DNA of 33,979 nt, taken from a virus. Taxonomy: Duplodnaviria > Caudoviricetes. Location: the IMG/VR virus record IMGVR_UViG_3300032292_000307, positions 1 through 33,979 of that record; one strand, 5' to 3'. The position numbers were made by a program, and so were the translations under genes. Shown one piece after another: positions 23,790 through 33,127 of this stretch. Below the pieces are notes generated by a model that did no database searches, had not been told where the DNA came from, and saw only the letters and a program-made list of their open reading frames with translations. How positions within the stretch are numbered: the stretch's first letter is position 1; every line of letters begins with the position of its first letter.

Positions 23790-25829
23790 ATGGCCACAGG
23801 AATGCCTCCCGTCAAATACAGTCTGATCCAGCTCCAGGGCGGGCTTGACCTGGTCACGCCCACGCTGTCGCTGCCACCAGGCATTGCTCGTTCGTCTGTT
23901 AATTTTGAAGTGGCCATCACGGGTGGGTATACCCGCATTGCCGGGTACGAACGATTTGATGGGCAGCCTAATCCGTCGGATGCCGTCTACAACTCAATCA
24001 CGGTTGCAAGCGCCAGCAACCTGGCCGTTGGTAATACGTTCACCAATTTAGCGGCCACGTCGTCAGGCTACATCATTGCCATTAACGACACCACGGTAAT
24101 CTACACCCAGGCTGTGGGCGTGTTTGCCGTTGCAGATGGCCTTTATGTGGGCGGCATTCTTAAAGCGACTGTCACGGTTCTGGGCGCAACCGCTACCATA
24201 ACCAGTTTGTTATCCAGCCAATACACGTACTTGGCTGCTGAAGTTTATCGGGCTGTCATTACTACGGTGCCGGGAGCGGGACCCATACGTGGTGTTGTCT
24301 ACTACGGCAGCACGGTGTATGCCTGGCGCAACAACGTCGGTGAAACGGCCATGGCTATTTACAAATCAACTACCAGCGGCTGGGCCCTGGTGCCGTTGGG
24401 TTTTGAGTTAGCCTTTAATACTGGCACAACCCAGCTTAACGATGGCAATGTAATTGTTGGCCAAACAAGCGGAGCAACTGGCACCATTACCCGCGTAGTT
24501 CTGAGTTCCGGCACTTGGGCGGCTGGCACGGCGGCTGGTTATCTTACGTTTGCGTCAGTGACTGGCACGTTCCAATCAGGCGAGAATTTGCGAATTGGCG
24601 CAACCACATACGCCCTTGCGGGCGGGGCGCAAGCCGCCATTACCTTGAACCCTACTGGCCGGGTTGAAACGGCAATTGACAATATTAACGGCGCGTCCAG
24701 AATATACGGCGCGGATGGTGTTAACTACGGGTTTGAGTTTGACGGCACGGTTTATGTGCGAATTCGCACAGGCATGACGACCGACACACCGGTTCATGCT
24801 GTCGTTCACAAGTCGCATTTGTTTTTTAGTTTTGGCGCATCAATTCAATTTTCAGGGATTGGCGACCCGTACAGCTGGAGCCCGGTTGTGGGCGCGGGCG
24901 AGATTGCGCTAAATGGAAACGTGACTGCGTTCTTGGTCCAGCCAGGCGACCAGTCAACCGGTGCCATGGCTATCTACTCGGACGACAACACTTCGATTCT
25001 GTATGGCAGCAGTTCGGCCAACTTCCAACTTGTTTCATACAACGTAGGCACTGGAGCAAAAGCCTACAGCTGCCAGAACATCAACGTCAGTTATTCGTTT
25101 GACGATCGTGGCGTTATGAACATGGCGACCACGCTTAACTTTGGCAACTTTGATTCAGCGGCATTGACTTTAAACTTGCGGCCCTTTATCGCTGCACGGC
25201 GTGCCCTGTCCACGGCCAGCGGCGTAAGTCGGGAAAAAGGCCAGTATCGAATTTTCTTCAGTGATGGCAATGGCTTGTACGTTACTTTGGCCAACGGTAG
25301 TTTTATGGGGGCCATGCCCGTGCGGTTTCCAAACGCAGTGGCGTGCATGTGCGAAGGCCAGCGAGCTGACGGAGCGGAGACATCATTCTTTGGTTCAACC
25401 AATGGATACGTGTATCGCCTGGATGCAGGAACGTCATTTGACGGAGCTGAGATCACAGCCAACATGGCCCTGGTGTTTAACGCAATTGGCAGCCCTCGTT
25501 TGTTAAAACGATTTCGCAAAGCGTCATTGGAACTCACCGGCACCAGCTATGCCGACTTTTATTTCAATTACGATTTGTCTTATGCGACCACGGAAATTAG
25601 TCAATCAGAGCAAAATTTGTATGCCAACAACTTAGTTTCAAGTCTTTGGGATACGTCCTCTTGGGACTTTTTTGTGTGGGATGACCGCACCCTTGCGCCC
25701 TCCGAGGTTGAGGTGAACGGCACTGCTGAAAATATTGCGTTAAAGATTGCATCTAATTCGCCTTACTTTCAGCCATTCACAATCAACAGCGCGATCTTGC
25801 ACTACACACCGCGAAGAGGACTTCGATGA
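23790..25829 (+). CDS. Tail nozzle/stabilisation protein (P22 gp10 / tubular B-like)
   Basis: GGLDL N-terminus, beta-rich body, KRFRK and INSAILHY C-terminus; follows the adaptor. Confidence 0.65.
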   Translation: MATGMPPVKYSLIQLQGGLDLVTPTLSLPPGIARSSVNFEVAITGGYTRIAGYERFDGQPNPSDAVYNSITVASASNLAVGNTFTNLAATSSGYIIAINDTTVIYTQAVGVFAVADGLYVGGILKATVTVLGATATITSLLSSQYTYLAAEVYRAVITTVPGAGPIRGVVYYGSTVYAWRNNVGETAMAIYKSTTSGWALVPLGFELAFNTGTTQLNDGNVIVGQTSGATGTITRVVLSSGTWAAGTAAGYLTFASVTGTFQSGENLRIGATTYALAGGAQAAITLNPTGRVETAIDNINGASRIYGADGVNYGFEFDGTVYVRIRTGMTTDTPVHAVVHKSHLFFSFGASIQFSGIGDPYSWSPVVGAGEIALNGNVTAFLVQPGDQSTGAMAIYSDDNTSILYGSSSANFQLVSYNVGTGAKAYSCQNINVSYSFDDRGVMNMATTLNFGNFDSAALTLNLRPFIAARRALSTASGVSREKGQYRIFFSDGNGLYVTLANGSFMGAMPVRFPNAVACMCEGQRADGAETSFFGSTNGYVYRLDAGTSFDGAEITANMALVFNAIGSPRLLKRFRKASLELTGTSYADFYFNYDLSYATTEISQSEQNLYANNLVSSLWDTSSWDFFVWDDRTLAPSEVEVNGTAENIALKIASNSPYFQPFTINSAILHYTPRRGLR

Positions 25830-27406
25830 GCAATAACTTTTACACACACGGGTCTTTCCCGACTACCGGTTCGGCGGCAACATCTGCGTCTATGCGGTCT
25901 GAGTTGGACCTGATCACCGCTGGCTTTGACAAATTACCAACGCTAACAGCAAACGCAAACAAGTTTGTTGTTGTCAACAGCGCGGGTACGGCGCTGACTG
26001 CCACCAGCGCGTTGCCTGCGGGCACCGTGACCGATACCACGTTCACTGTTCAAAATACTACTGACAACACCAAGACTTTTCAGTTCTTGGCCAGCGGCAT
26101 CACGGCGGGCACTTTGCGCATCTACACAATGCCGGATGCCAGCACGACCCTGGTGGGTATTGGCGTTACACAGACGTTGACCAACAAAACGCTGACTGCG
26201 CCAGTCATTGCAACGATTGTCAACACTGGCACGCTAACGCTGCCCACGTCTACCGATACCCTGGTCGGTCGGGCGACCACCGACACGTTGACCAACAAAA
26301 CGCTGACGTCTCCGGTCATCGGCACTATTGTCAACACCGGCACGCTTACATTGCCCACGTCTACCGATACTTTGGTCGGTCGGGCGACCACCGACACATT
26401 GACCAACAAAACGCTGACGTCTCCGGTCATCGGCACTATCGTCAACACCGGCACGTTGACGCTGCCTACGTCGACCGACACCCTTGTCGGTCGGGCGACC
26501 ACTGACACGTTAACCAACAAAACGCTGACAGCGCCGGTCATTGCAACGATTGTCAACACTGGCACGTTGACGCTGCCTACGTCGACCGACACCCTGGTCG
26601 GTCGGGTGACCACTGACACGTTGACCAACAAAACGCTGACAGCGCCGGTCATTGCAACTATTGTCAACACCGGCACACTGACGTTGCCCACGTCTACCGA
26701 CACCCTGGTCGGTCGGGCGACCACTGACACGTTGACCAACAAAACGCTGACAGCGCCAGTCATTGCAACGATTGTCAACACCGGCACACTGACGCTGCCT
26801 ACGTCGACCGACACCCTGGTCGGTCGGGCGACCACTGACACGCTGACCAACAAAACGCTGACAGCGCCGGTCATTGCAACGATTGTCAACACCGGCACGC
26901 TTACATTGCCTACGTCGACCGACACCCTGGTCGGTCGGGCGACCACTGACACGTTAACCAACAAAACGCTGACGTCTCCGGTCATCGGCACTATTGTCAA
27001 CACCGGCACGTTAACGCTGCCCACGTCGACCGACACCCTGGTCGGTCGGACGACCACTGACACGCTGACCAACAAACGTATTGACCCAAGGGTTACTTCA
27101 GCCGCATCAGCATCAACATTAACACCTGATATATCGGCTAGTGATGTTTACGCATACACAGCATTGGCGGCAGGACTCACTATCAATGCCCCAACTGGAA
27201 CACCTGTTGACGGAAACAAACTAATATTTAGGCTTTTGGATAACGGCACAAGCAGAGCATTGACTTGGAATGCAACCTACACAGTCATTGGCCTTGGTTT
27301 AACTTTGCCAACAACGACAACAGCAAGCAAAACAACGTATGTGGGTTGTATATATAACGCCAACAATACACGTTGGGATGTGATTGCAGTAGCCACAGAG
27401 GTTTGA
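25826..27406 (+). CDS. Tail fibre-like protein with 37-aa tandem repeats
   Basis: N-terminal anchor (ELDLITAGFDKLP), 8 TLTNKTLT-type repeats, and a distinct C-terminal domain. Confidence 0.75.
   Translation: MSNNFYTHGSFPTTGSAATSASMRSELDLITAGFDKLPTLTANANKFVVVNSAGTALTATSALPAGTVTDTTFTVQNTTDNTKTFQFLASGITAGTLRIYTMPDASTTLVGIGVTQTLTNKTLTAPVIATIVNTGTLTLPTSTDTLVGRATTDTLTNKTLTSPVIGTIVNTGTLTLPTSTDTLVGRATTDTLTNKTLTSPVIGTIVNTGTLTLPTSTDTLVGRATTDTLTNKTLTAPVIATIVNTGTLTLPTSTDTLVGRVTTDTLTNKTLTAPVIATIVNTGTLTLPTSTDTLVGRATTDTLTNKTLTAPVIATIVNTGTLTLPTSTDTLVGRATTDTLTNKTLTAPVIATIVNTGTLTLPTSTDTLVGRATTDTLTNKTLTSPVIGTIVNTGTLTLPTSTDTLVGRTTTDTLTNKRIDPRVTSAASASTLTPDISASDVYAYTALAAGLTINAPTGTPVDGNKLIFRLLDNGTSRALTWNATYTVIGLGLTLPTTTTASKTTYVGCIYNANNTRWDVIAVATEV
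26174..27076 (+). repeat. 8 x 111 bp coding tandem repeat plus a partial ninth copy
   Basis: Units start at 26174, 26285, 26396, 26507, 26618, 26729, 26840, 26951 and (partial) 27062. Confidence 0.95.
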
Positions 27407-27408
27407 CC

Positions 27409-27630
27409 ATGAAGATTGATTTTTCCTTTCCATCACAGTACGGCACATTTTCGGATGCTTTGCATTTGGAAGATAACCATGCGTTTACAAATGTTGAGAT
27501 TGAAGCAATGAAACAACAAAGGTTTGATAATTGGATTGCCATAATCACTGCGCCCCCACCAAACTATTTGTTGGATGCTGATGGAAATATAGTTTTTGAT
27601 GCTGATGGTAACCCTTTGATTGCGGAGTAA
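27409..27630 (+). CDS. Small tail-associated hypothetical protein (possible fibre chaperone)
   Basis: MKIDFSFPSQYGTFSDALHL...EIEAMKQQRFDNWIAII, lying between two fibre-type genes. Confidence 0.65.
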   Translation: MKIDFSFPSQYGTFSDALHLEDNHAFTNVEIEAMKQQRFDNWIAIITAPPPNYLLDADGNIVFDADGNPLIAE

Positions 27631-27633
27631 AAA

Positions 27634-30462
27634 ATGGCTGACCGTTACTGGGTAGGTGGTACAGGTACTTGGGGTAGCACTCAGACAACCAATTGGTCTG
27701 CGGCCACTGGTTTATCTTTTACTGCTAGTTGTACAGGTACTGCTTTAACTACTACTGGATCACCAGCACTTGTAGTTGGAATGACTGTATGGTCAAGCTC
27801 GCATGTCTCACTTGGAACAATTGTTAGCGGTTCTCTTAATTCATGGGTTGTATCTGTTGGTGGAACTTACAGTTCTCAAGGCATGAGTGCGGCTACTGTT
27901 GGCGCATCGGTCCCTACTGCGTCAGACAATGTATTTTTTAATGCCAACTCAAATAGTAGTACATCATCATTTACGGTCACTATGGCAAACACGCCAAGGG
28001 TCTGTAATAATTTCACAGCATCAGGCCTTGATGGCACGATGACGCTTGCAGGGTCAGGCATTGGATTGACAGTATCAGGTAGCCTTGATTGGCCTGCAAC
28101 AAACTTTAGCCGTACCTATGGCGGCACAACCACATTTAATGCTACAACAACTGGTAAAACTGTAACAGCCCGTGTTGCATTTGGTGGGCCGGTTGATTTT
28201 GATGGTGTTGGCGGTGGATGGACGTTAGGTAATAATTTTAGTTGTGGAACTCAAACATTAACACTTACTAACGGCACATTTGATACTTCATCCTCTGGGA
28301 ACTATTCCGTAACTGCTGATTCTTTTAATTCATCTAATTCAAACATAAGAACAATAAATTTAAATGCTTCTACAATAACATTGTCCGGTTCTAATAGTGC
28401 TTGGTATATTGGAACCAGCACTAATGCAACACTTAACGCTGGAACATCAACAATAACTTTTTCTAATACTCTCATTCAATTTTGGGGTGGTGGGCTCACT
28501 TATTACAACGTGACGTATACATCTACCGCAGCTTCATATTATTCAATACAAGGCGCAAACACATTTAATAACCTATTTATAACAGGTAGAACTACTATTG
28601 GTATTTGTGGTGTGGAAATTTACTTAAACCAAACAATCAACGGCACATTTACTATAAGTGCGAGCACTGCTGCTGCATACCGCGTATCGATTTGTAGTTC
28701 TGGTACTGGAACTACACGCACATTAACTTGCGCATCTATTGCTGCTATGTCTGATGTTGATTTTAGAGACATTACAATAGCAGGGGCACATGGCACGTTG
28801 TCTGGGACAAGGTTTGGTGACCAAGGTGGCAATACCAACATAACTTTTCCTGCGGCTAAGACTGTTTACTATAGGCAAACAGGTTCTGCTGATTGGGGTA
28901 CTACAGGTTCAGGTTCTTGGTCTGCTACATCCGGTGGTGCATTAGACGCAACCATGTTCCCATTGTCGCAGGATACCGCTGTATTTCCTGCGGCAACTTA
29001 TCCTGCATCAGGTTCAACGACAACTCTTAACGATTCCTATAACATCGGCGCAATAGACATGTCGTTAAGAACGACAAACACTATGGTGTTTGCAACAGGA
29101 GCAACTACACCATCAATTTATGGCAATTGGAAAAACGGTTCAGGAATAACTTTATCAGGCACAGGCTTACTTTATTTTCAAACCCGCACAACACAAACAA
29201 TTACAAGTGCTGCTAAAACATTTTCTCAGCCCATATATATTGACGCCCCAAGTGGTTCTGTTACTTTACAAGATGCGCTAACAACAAGCACATCAGTATC
29301 GACTACTTTAGCCCAAGGCACATTAAATTTAAATAGTTTTCAATTAAGCACAGCCACATTTAGTTCAAATACCTCACTTACGAGAGATATTGCTTTTGGC
29401 ACAGGAAGTATTGCTTTAACGTCAATAACAACAGGCGCTACAGTTTTGTCGATGGCAACGGCTACAAACTTTACTTTTACTGGGACTTCAAATATTTCAG
29501 CGGCAATGAGTAGAACAAGGACATTTAACTTTGGTGGAACGGCGGGCGCAACAACTTCCAACAGATTAAATATCAATTTAACTTCAGGCGCATCAGTTCC
29601 AACATTCACAGGCTCATTTAGACAAATTAATTTTACAGGGTCAACCTTAAATCCTGGCTCTGTAACTATTTCTTGTCATGCATTTAATTTAGCATCTGGT
29701 GGTACATATACATCCACCAGTTTTACTACAGTTGGGGATGGTACGCTAACGTACAATGCAAAAACAATTCTTGCGTTAAATATAAACGCAACTGGAATTA
29801 CAACAACGCTGGGCGGTGCTGGGACACAGGGAACTGTTACGTTAACCAATGGAACGCTTGATTTGGCTGGGTATACTCTTACAAACACAACTACATTTGC
29901 AACCGCCTCGGGCACAAAAAATCTTACGTTTAATGGCGGCACAGTTATTTGTGCAAAGGATGGTGCAACATCATTTGACAACGCCGCACCAACAGGCTTC
30001 ACTACAACAGCAGGAACAGGAACAGGCACGATCTCCATGACTGCCTCATCCGCAAAGACTTTTGTTGGTGGTGGCTCTACGTTTAACTGCACACTCAACC
30101 AAGGTGGTGCTGGTGCATTGACTATCACAGGCTCAAACACATTTAGCAACATTACCAATACTTATAAAAGCACTGGTGCAACATCTATTTTGTTTACTGC
30201 TGGAACAACAAATACTTTTACTGATTGGAATGCTAGTGGAGAAACTACAAGACTTCTAACCATTGGCTCGGTAACGGCGGCAACCCATACCCTATCTAAG
30301 TCAAGCGGTACTGTTAGCGCAAACTTTCTATCTATCAGCAAGTCTATAGCCACAGGCGGGGCAACATGGTACGCAGGGGCAGACTCCACAGATGGTGGCG
30401 GTAACGCAGGATGGATATTTGCGGGTAGTAGTTTTGGGGGCCTTTTTTTAGCGTTTTTCTGA
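27634..30462 (+). CDS. Large Thr/Gly/Ser-rich adhesin/tail-spike-like protein
   Basis: 942 aa starting MADRYWVGGTGTW; repeated LTLTNGTxD / ITGxNTFxN beta-solenoid-like units; AT-rich DNA. Confidence 0.7.
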   Translation: MADRYWVGGTGTWGSTQTTNWSAATGLSFTASCTGTALTTTGSPALVVGMTVWSSSHVSLGTIVSGSLNSWVVSVGGTYSSQGMSAATVGASVPTASDNVFFNANSNSSTSSFTVTMANTPRVCNNFTASGLDGTMTLAGSGIGLTVSGSLDWPATNFSRTYGGTTTFNATTTGKTVTARVAFGGPVDFDGVGGGWTLGNNFSCGTQTLTLTNGTFDTSSSGNYSVTADSFNSSNSNIRTINLNASTITLSGSNSAWYIGTSTNATLNAGTSTITFSNTLIQFWGGGLTYYNVTYTSTAASYYSIQGANTFNNLFITGRTTIGICGVEIYLNQTINGTFTISASTAAAYRVSICSSGTGTTRTLTCASIAAMSDVDFRDITIAGAHGTLSGTRFGDQGGNTNITFPAAKTVYYRQTGSADWGTTGSGSWSATSGGALDATMFPLSQDTAVFPAATYPASGSTTTLNDSYNIGAIDMSLRTTNTMVFATGATTPSIYGNWKNGSGITLSGTGLLYFQTRTTQTITSAAKTFSQPIYIDAPSGSVTLQDALTTSTSVSTTLAQGTLNLNSFQLSTATFSSNTSLTRDIAFGTGSIALTSITTGATVLSMATATNFTFTGTSNISAAMSRTRTFNFGGTAGATTSNRLNINLTSGASVPTFTGSFRQINFTGSTLNPGSVTISCHAFNLASGGTYTSTSFTTVGDGTLTYNAKTILALNINATGITTTLGGAGTQGTVTLTNGTLDLAGYTLTNTTTFATASGTKNLTFNGGTVICAKDGATSFDNAAPTGFTTTAGTGTGTISMTASSAKTFVGGGSTFNCTLNQGGAGALTITGSNTFSNITNTYKSTGATSILFTAGTTNTFTDWNASGETTRLLTIGSVTAATHTLSKSSGTVSANFLSISKSIATGGATWYAGADSTDGGGNAGWIFAGSSFGGLFLAFF

Positions 30463-30471
30463 AAGTTAAAT

Positions 30472-30678
30472 ATGCAAGACCTTGTTACTGAAACTGATAA
30501 ACGCTTGAGTGTCCACGAAGCGATTTGCGCCCAGAGGTACGAGGGCATCCAAGCACGTTTTGACGAAGGGTCAAAACGCATGACCAAGATTGAGTACCTC
30601 TTGTATGTGGTGATCCTAGCCGTGTTGCTTGGGCCAAATGTGGCTGCTGATTTTGTAAAGAAAATCCTGGGGCTGTAA
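30472..30678 (+). CDS. Small coiled-coil + TM protein (haemolysin XhlA/holin-like)
   Basis: LSVHEAICAQRYEGI...MTKIEYLLYVVILAVLLGP. Confidence 0.65.
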   Translation: MQDLVTETDKRLSVHEAICAQRYEGIQARFDEGSKRMTKIEYLLYVVILAVLLGPNVAADFVKKILGL

Positions 30679-30682
30679 CGAT

Positions 30683-31384
30683 GTGGACCCCATATCGCTG
30701 TGCCTCCTTGCTGCCGGGCTAGTTAAGCAAATCCAGGCTGGGTGCGACCTGTACCGTGAAGCGAAAACCCAGTTCATCCAGGTAAGGCAAACAGCAGAAG
30801 AGGTCATAGCGATCGGCAAGGAGGCCAAGGGCTTCTTTGCCAAGCTGGTGCAGTTCTTTAATCCGGCACCGGCAAAGGCTGCCACCCCGGCCAAGCCAGC
30901 AGCAAAGAAAAAAGAAAAGCTTGTCGACGTCGATGAGCAGCAAATTCTGAACGATGTTGTGGCCAGGCTCATCGAGTTCTTCCACCTCCAGGAGCAGCTC
31001 GCGGCTCACATACGTGAGGAGGAAGAAAAGTCTCGGACCGTGTACGACCCCAACGCCAACCTGATGGAGGCGGCGATCAAGCGCGTCAGGGCGCAGGACC
31101 AGATGGACCAGCTTGTTGTCACCATAAGAGAGGCGATGACCTGGAACGCTCCGGCGGAGCTTGGGGCCCTGTACACCAAGGTGTTCGAGATGAGAGAAAT
31201 TGTTGGTGCTGAACAAGAGGCTGCCAGGCTGGCGCAAGAATCAATTGCGAAAAGGAAACGATGGCAACGTCAGCAAAAAGAGGCGGACCTCAACCTAAAA
31301 ATAGGAGCCAGCCTCCTGACTTTGGCTCTTATCGTATACCTGTGGATGTGGCTCCTGTGGCTGAAACAAGCGAGGATACTTTGA
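30683..31384 (+). CDS. Hypothetical coiled-coil protein with C-terminal TM
   Basis: MDPISLCLLAAG start; hydrophobic C-terminus. Confidence 0.7.
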   Translation: MDPISLCLLAAGLVKQIQAGCDLYREAKTQFIQVRQTAEEVIAIGKEAKGFFAKLVQFFNPAPAKAATPAKPAAKKKEKLVDVDEQQILNDVVARLIEFFHLQEQLAAHIREEEEKSRTVYDPNANLMEAAIKRVRAQDQMDQLVVTIREAMTWNAPAELGALYTKVFEMREIVGAEQEAARLAQESIAKRKRWQRQQKEADLNLKIGASLLTLALIVYLWMWLLWLKQARIL

Positions 31385-31614
31385 TGGGTGTACTGGGCTG
31401 GGTTTTCGCTGTAATTCTCGTGGCGTTCTTGCTGCCTTTGCTCGCGTTCCTGTACCTGGACATTCTCGAAGTGAAACACGAAAGCAAGGCCCAGCTGGAA
31501 CAGGTCCAAAAGCTCAGACGCGAAATTGAAAAACAAAGGCGCGATGATAAGAAGCCCGAAAGCTTTATTGACATCCCACTTTTTGACCGAAGGAGTAAAC
31601 GTGAATATCTTTGA
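31384..31614 (+). CDS. Small membrane protein (TM + coiled coil)
   Basis: Start ATG 31384 (TGATG overlap): MGVLGWVFAVILVAFLLPLLAFLYLD... Confidence 0.65.
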   Translation: MGVLGWVFAVILVAFLLPLLAFLYLDILEVKHESKAQLEQVQKLRREIEKQRRDDKKPESFIDIPLFDRRSKREYL

Positions 31615-31786
31615 GATATGGATTTTGTCATTTCTGCTGGTGCTGGCCACTGGATGCGAAGAGCGTTTTCGCTACCCATGCCAAAACCCTAAGAACTGGG
31701 AAACTGCCGAGTGCAAACCGCCAATCTGTACGGCTACCGGCACATGCCCTGAACAACTTAATAAACCTGAACAGGAGAAGAAATAA
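31601..31786 (+). CDS. Cys-rich lipoprotein
   Basis: GTG start with AAGGAG RBS; ...LLVLATGC lipobox, then EERFRYPCQNPKNWETAECKPPICTATGTCP. Confidence 0.7.
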   Translation: MNIFEIWILSFLLVLATGCEERFRYPCQNPKNWETAECKPPICTATGTCPEQLNKPEQEKK

Positions 31787-32106
31787 TGCCAACAGTCGTA
31801 ATGAATTCAAAACAACGCCTGAGTGTTGAAGAGATCGAAGTCCGTGTTTGGGCTTTTGTCATCACGGCCCTGATGATTATTCTTTTAGGTTCGGTCGCCA
31901 TGTTCCTCTACAGCGTCAGCTTCGTGACCCAACCCATGGCGGGCATGGCACCTATCGACAAGGTGTACACGCAACAAATCTCAACCATTATGGTTTTCAT
32001 CACCGGAGTGTTGGGTGGTGTTGCCGGGCGCTCAGGCTCTAAAGCGGTGGCCAATGCCATTGCCAAGGCCGAAGCAAACGACAACGATGAGCCACCTAAG
32101 CCATGA
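31786..32106 (+). CDS. Two-TM membrane protein, holin candidate
   Basis: Two hydrophobic segments, directly upstream of the spanins and endolysin. Confidence 0.55.
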   Translation: MPTVVMNSKQRLSVEEIEVRVWAFVITALMIILLGSVAMFLYSVSFVTQPMAGMAPIDKVYTQQISTIMVFITGVLGGVAGRSGSKAVANAIAKAEANDNDEPPKP

Positions 32107-32573
32107 GCATCTTCAACCCCTGGGTGCTGCTAGGCATCATCACCGCCGTTCTTACCAGTTTTGGTAGCGGCTATTACAAAGGAAAACATGATGAATCAAA
32201 TCGCAATCAAATTGAAGTTGCTCGCCTCAATGCTGAAGCTAGACAGATTGAGCAGCGCATGGGCGAAGTTGCTCGAACGTATTCGGAAACCTTGAGGAAG
32301 TCTCAAAATGTTGCAAAAACTAAAGAGACAAAGCTGCGTGCTGATATTGCCACTGGCAATTTGCGCCTGTCAATCCCCACCCAAGGTAGCGTATGCCCCT
32401 CCCCAGATACCGCCTCTGCCACTGGAAGTAACAGCGGAGAAGCAGGAGCCGAACCTGGTGGATCGACTGATGTCGCTGCCGATCTTCTCCAGATCGCAGC
32501 CGACGGAGACGCAGCCATCCGCAAGCTCAACACCTGCATCCAAACCTACGAAACCTTAAGGAACATGAAATGA
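32103..32573 (+). CDS. Rz: Rz-like inner-membrane spanin
   Basis: N-terminal TM, coiled coil, LRADIATGNLRLSI and ADGDAAIRKLNTC. Confidence 0.85.
   Translation: MSIFNPWVLLGIITAVLTSFGSGYYKGKHDESNRNQIEVARLNAEARQIEQRMGEVARTYSETLRKSQNVAKTKETKLRADIATGNLRLSIPTQGSVCPSPDTASATGSNSGEAGAEPGGSTDVAADLLQIAADGDAAIRKLNTCIQTYETLRNMK
32308..32559 (+). CDS. Rz1: Rz1-like outer-membrane lipoprotein spanin embedded in Rz (+1 frame)
   Basis: MLQKLKRQSCVLILPLAICAC lipobox followed by Pro-rich QSPPKVAYAPPQIPPLP; fully nested in Rz. Confidence 0.75.
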   Translation: MLQKLKRQSCVLILPLAICACQSPPKVAYAPPQIPPLPLEVTAEKQEPNLVDRLMSLPIFSRSQPTETQPSASSTPASKPTKP

Positions 32574-33034
32574 ACCTCTCTGCCAATTTTTCGCTAAAAG
32601 AACTTACGAAGTCAGACACAGCCACACGCCTGGGCCTGGACAACACCCCCGGCGAAGCCGAGATCGAAAGCCTGCGACTGCTGTGTGAGAAAGTGCTTCA
32701 GCCCGTGCGCGACCACTTTGGCAAATCGGTGACCGTAAACTCGGGCTATCGCAGTCCTGAAAGTAATGCTGCTGTGAATGGATCGAAGACCTCAGACCAT
32801 TGCAAGGGCCAAGCAGCCGATATAGAAATCCCCGGCGTGCCCAACGCGGAGCTTGCGCAATGGATCATGGACAATTGCGATTACACGCAATTGATCCTGG
32901 AGTTTTACACCCAGGGTATACCCGATAGTGGGTGGGTTCACGTCAGCTTTGACCCATCTAATCTCAAAATGCAAGAACTGACCGCAGTCAAGGTAGCTGG
33001 CAAGACTCAGTATTTACCAGGATTGCAAGCGTAA
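32570..33034 (+). CDS. Endolysin, peptidase M15A family
   Basis: LSANFSLKEL, SGYRS, SDHCKGQAADI and WVHVS zinc-peptidase motifs. Confidence 0.9.
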   Translation: MNLSANFSLKELTKSDTATRLGLDNTPGEAEIESLRLLCEKVLQPVRDHFGKSVTVNSGYRSPESNAAVNGSKTSDHCKGQAADIEIPGVPNAELAQWIMDNCDYTQLILEFYTQGIPDSGWVHVSFDPSNLKMQELTAVKVAGKTQYLPGLQA

Positions 33035-33035
33035 C

Positions 33036-33118
33036 TTGCGCCCACCATCCCTATGGCATAAAATCGTTGTAGGGACCTCACGTCCGCAGAAAGCCGCTTC
33101 TTAGCGGCTTTTTCTTTT
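33036..33118 (+). promoter_or_regulatory. Late promoter-attenuator unit 3
   Basis: TTGCGC-17-TAAAAT, GGGACCtcaCGTCC at 33072, terminator aaagccgct-tctt-agcggctttttctttt from 33090. Confidence 0.75.
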
Positions 33119-33127
33119 GGAGCACAC

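Noticed and set aside
25826-30462. Diversity-generating retroelement targeting the tail genes
   Set aside because: No reverse transcriptase and no TR/VR pair with adenine-specific mismatches seen; the repeat differences are mostly synonymous.
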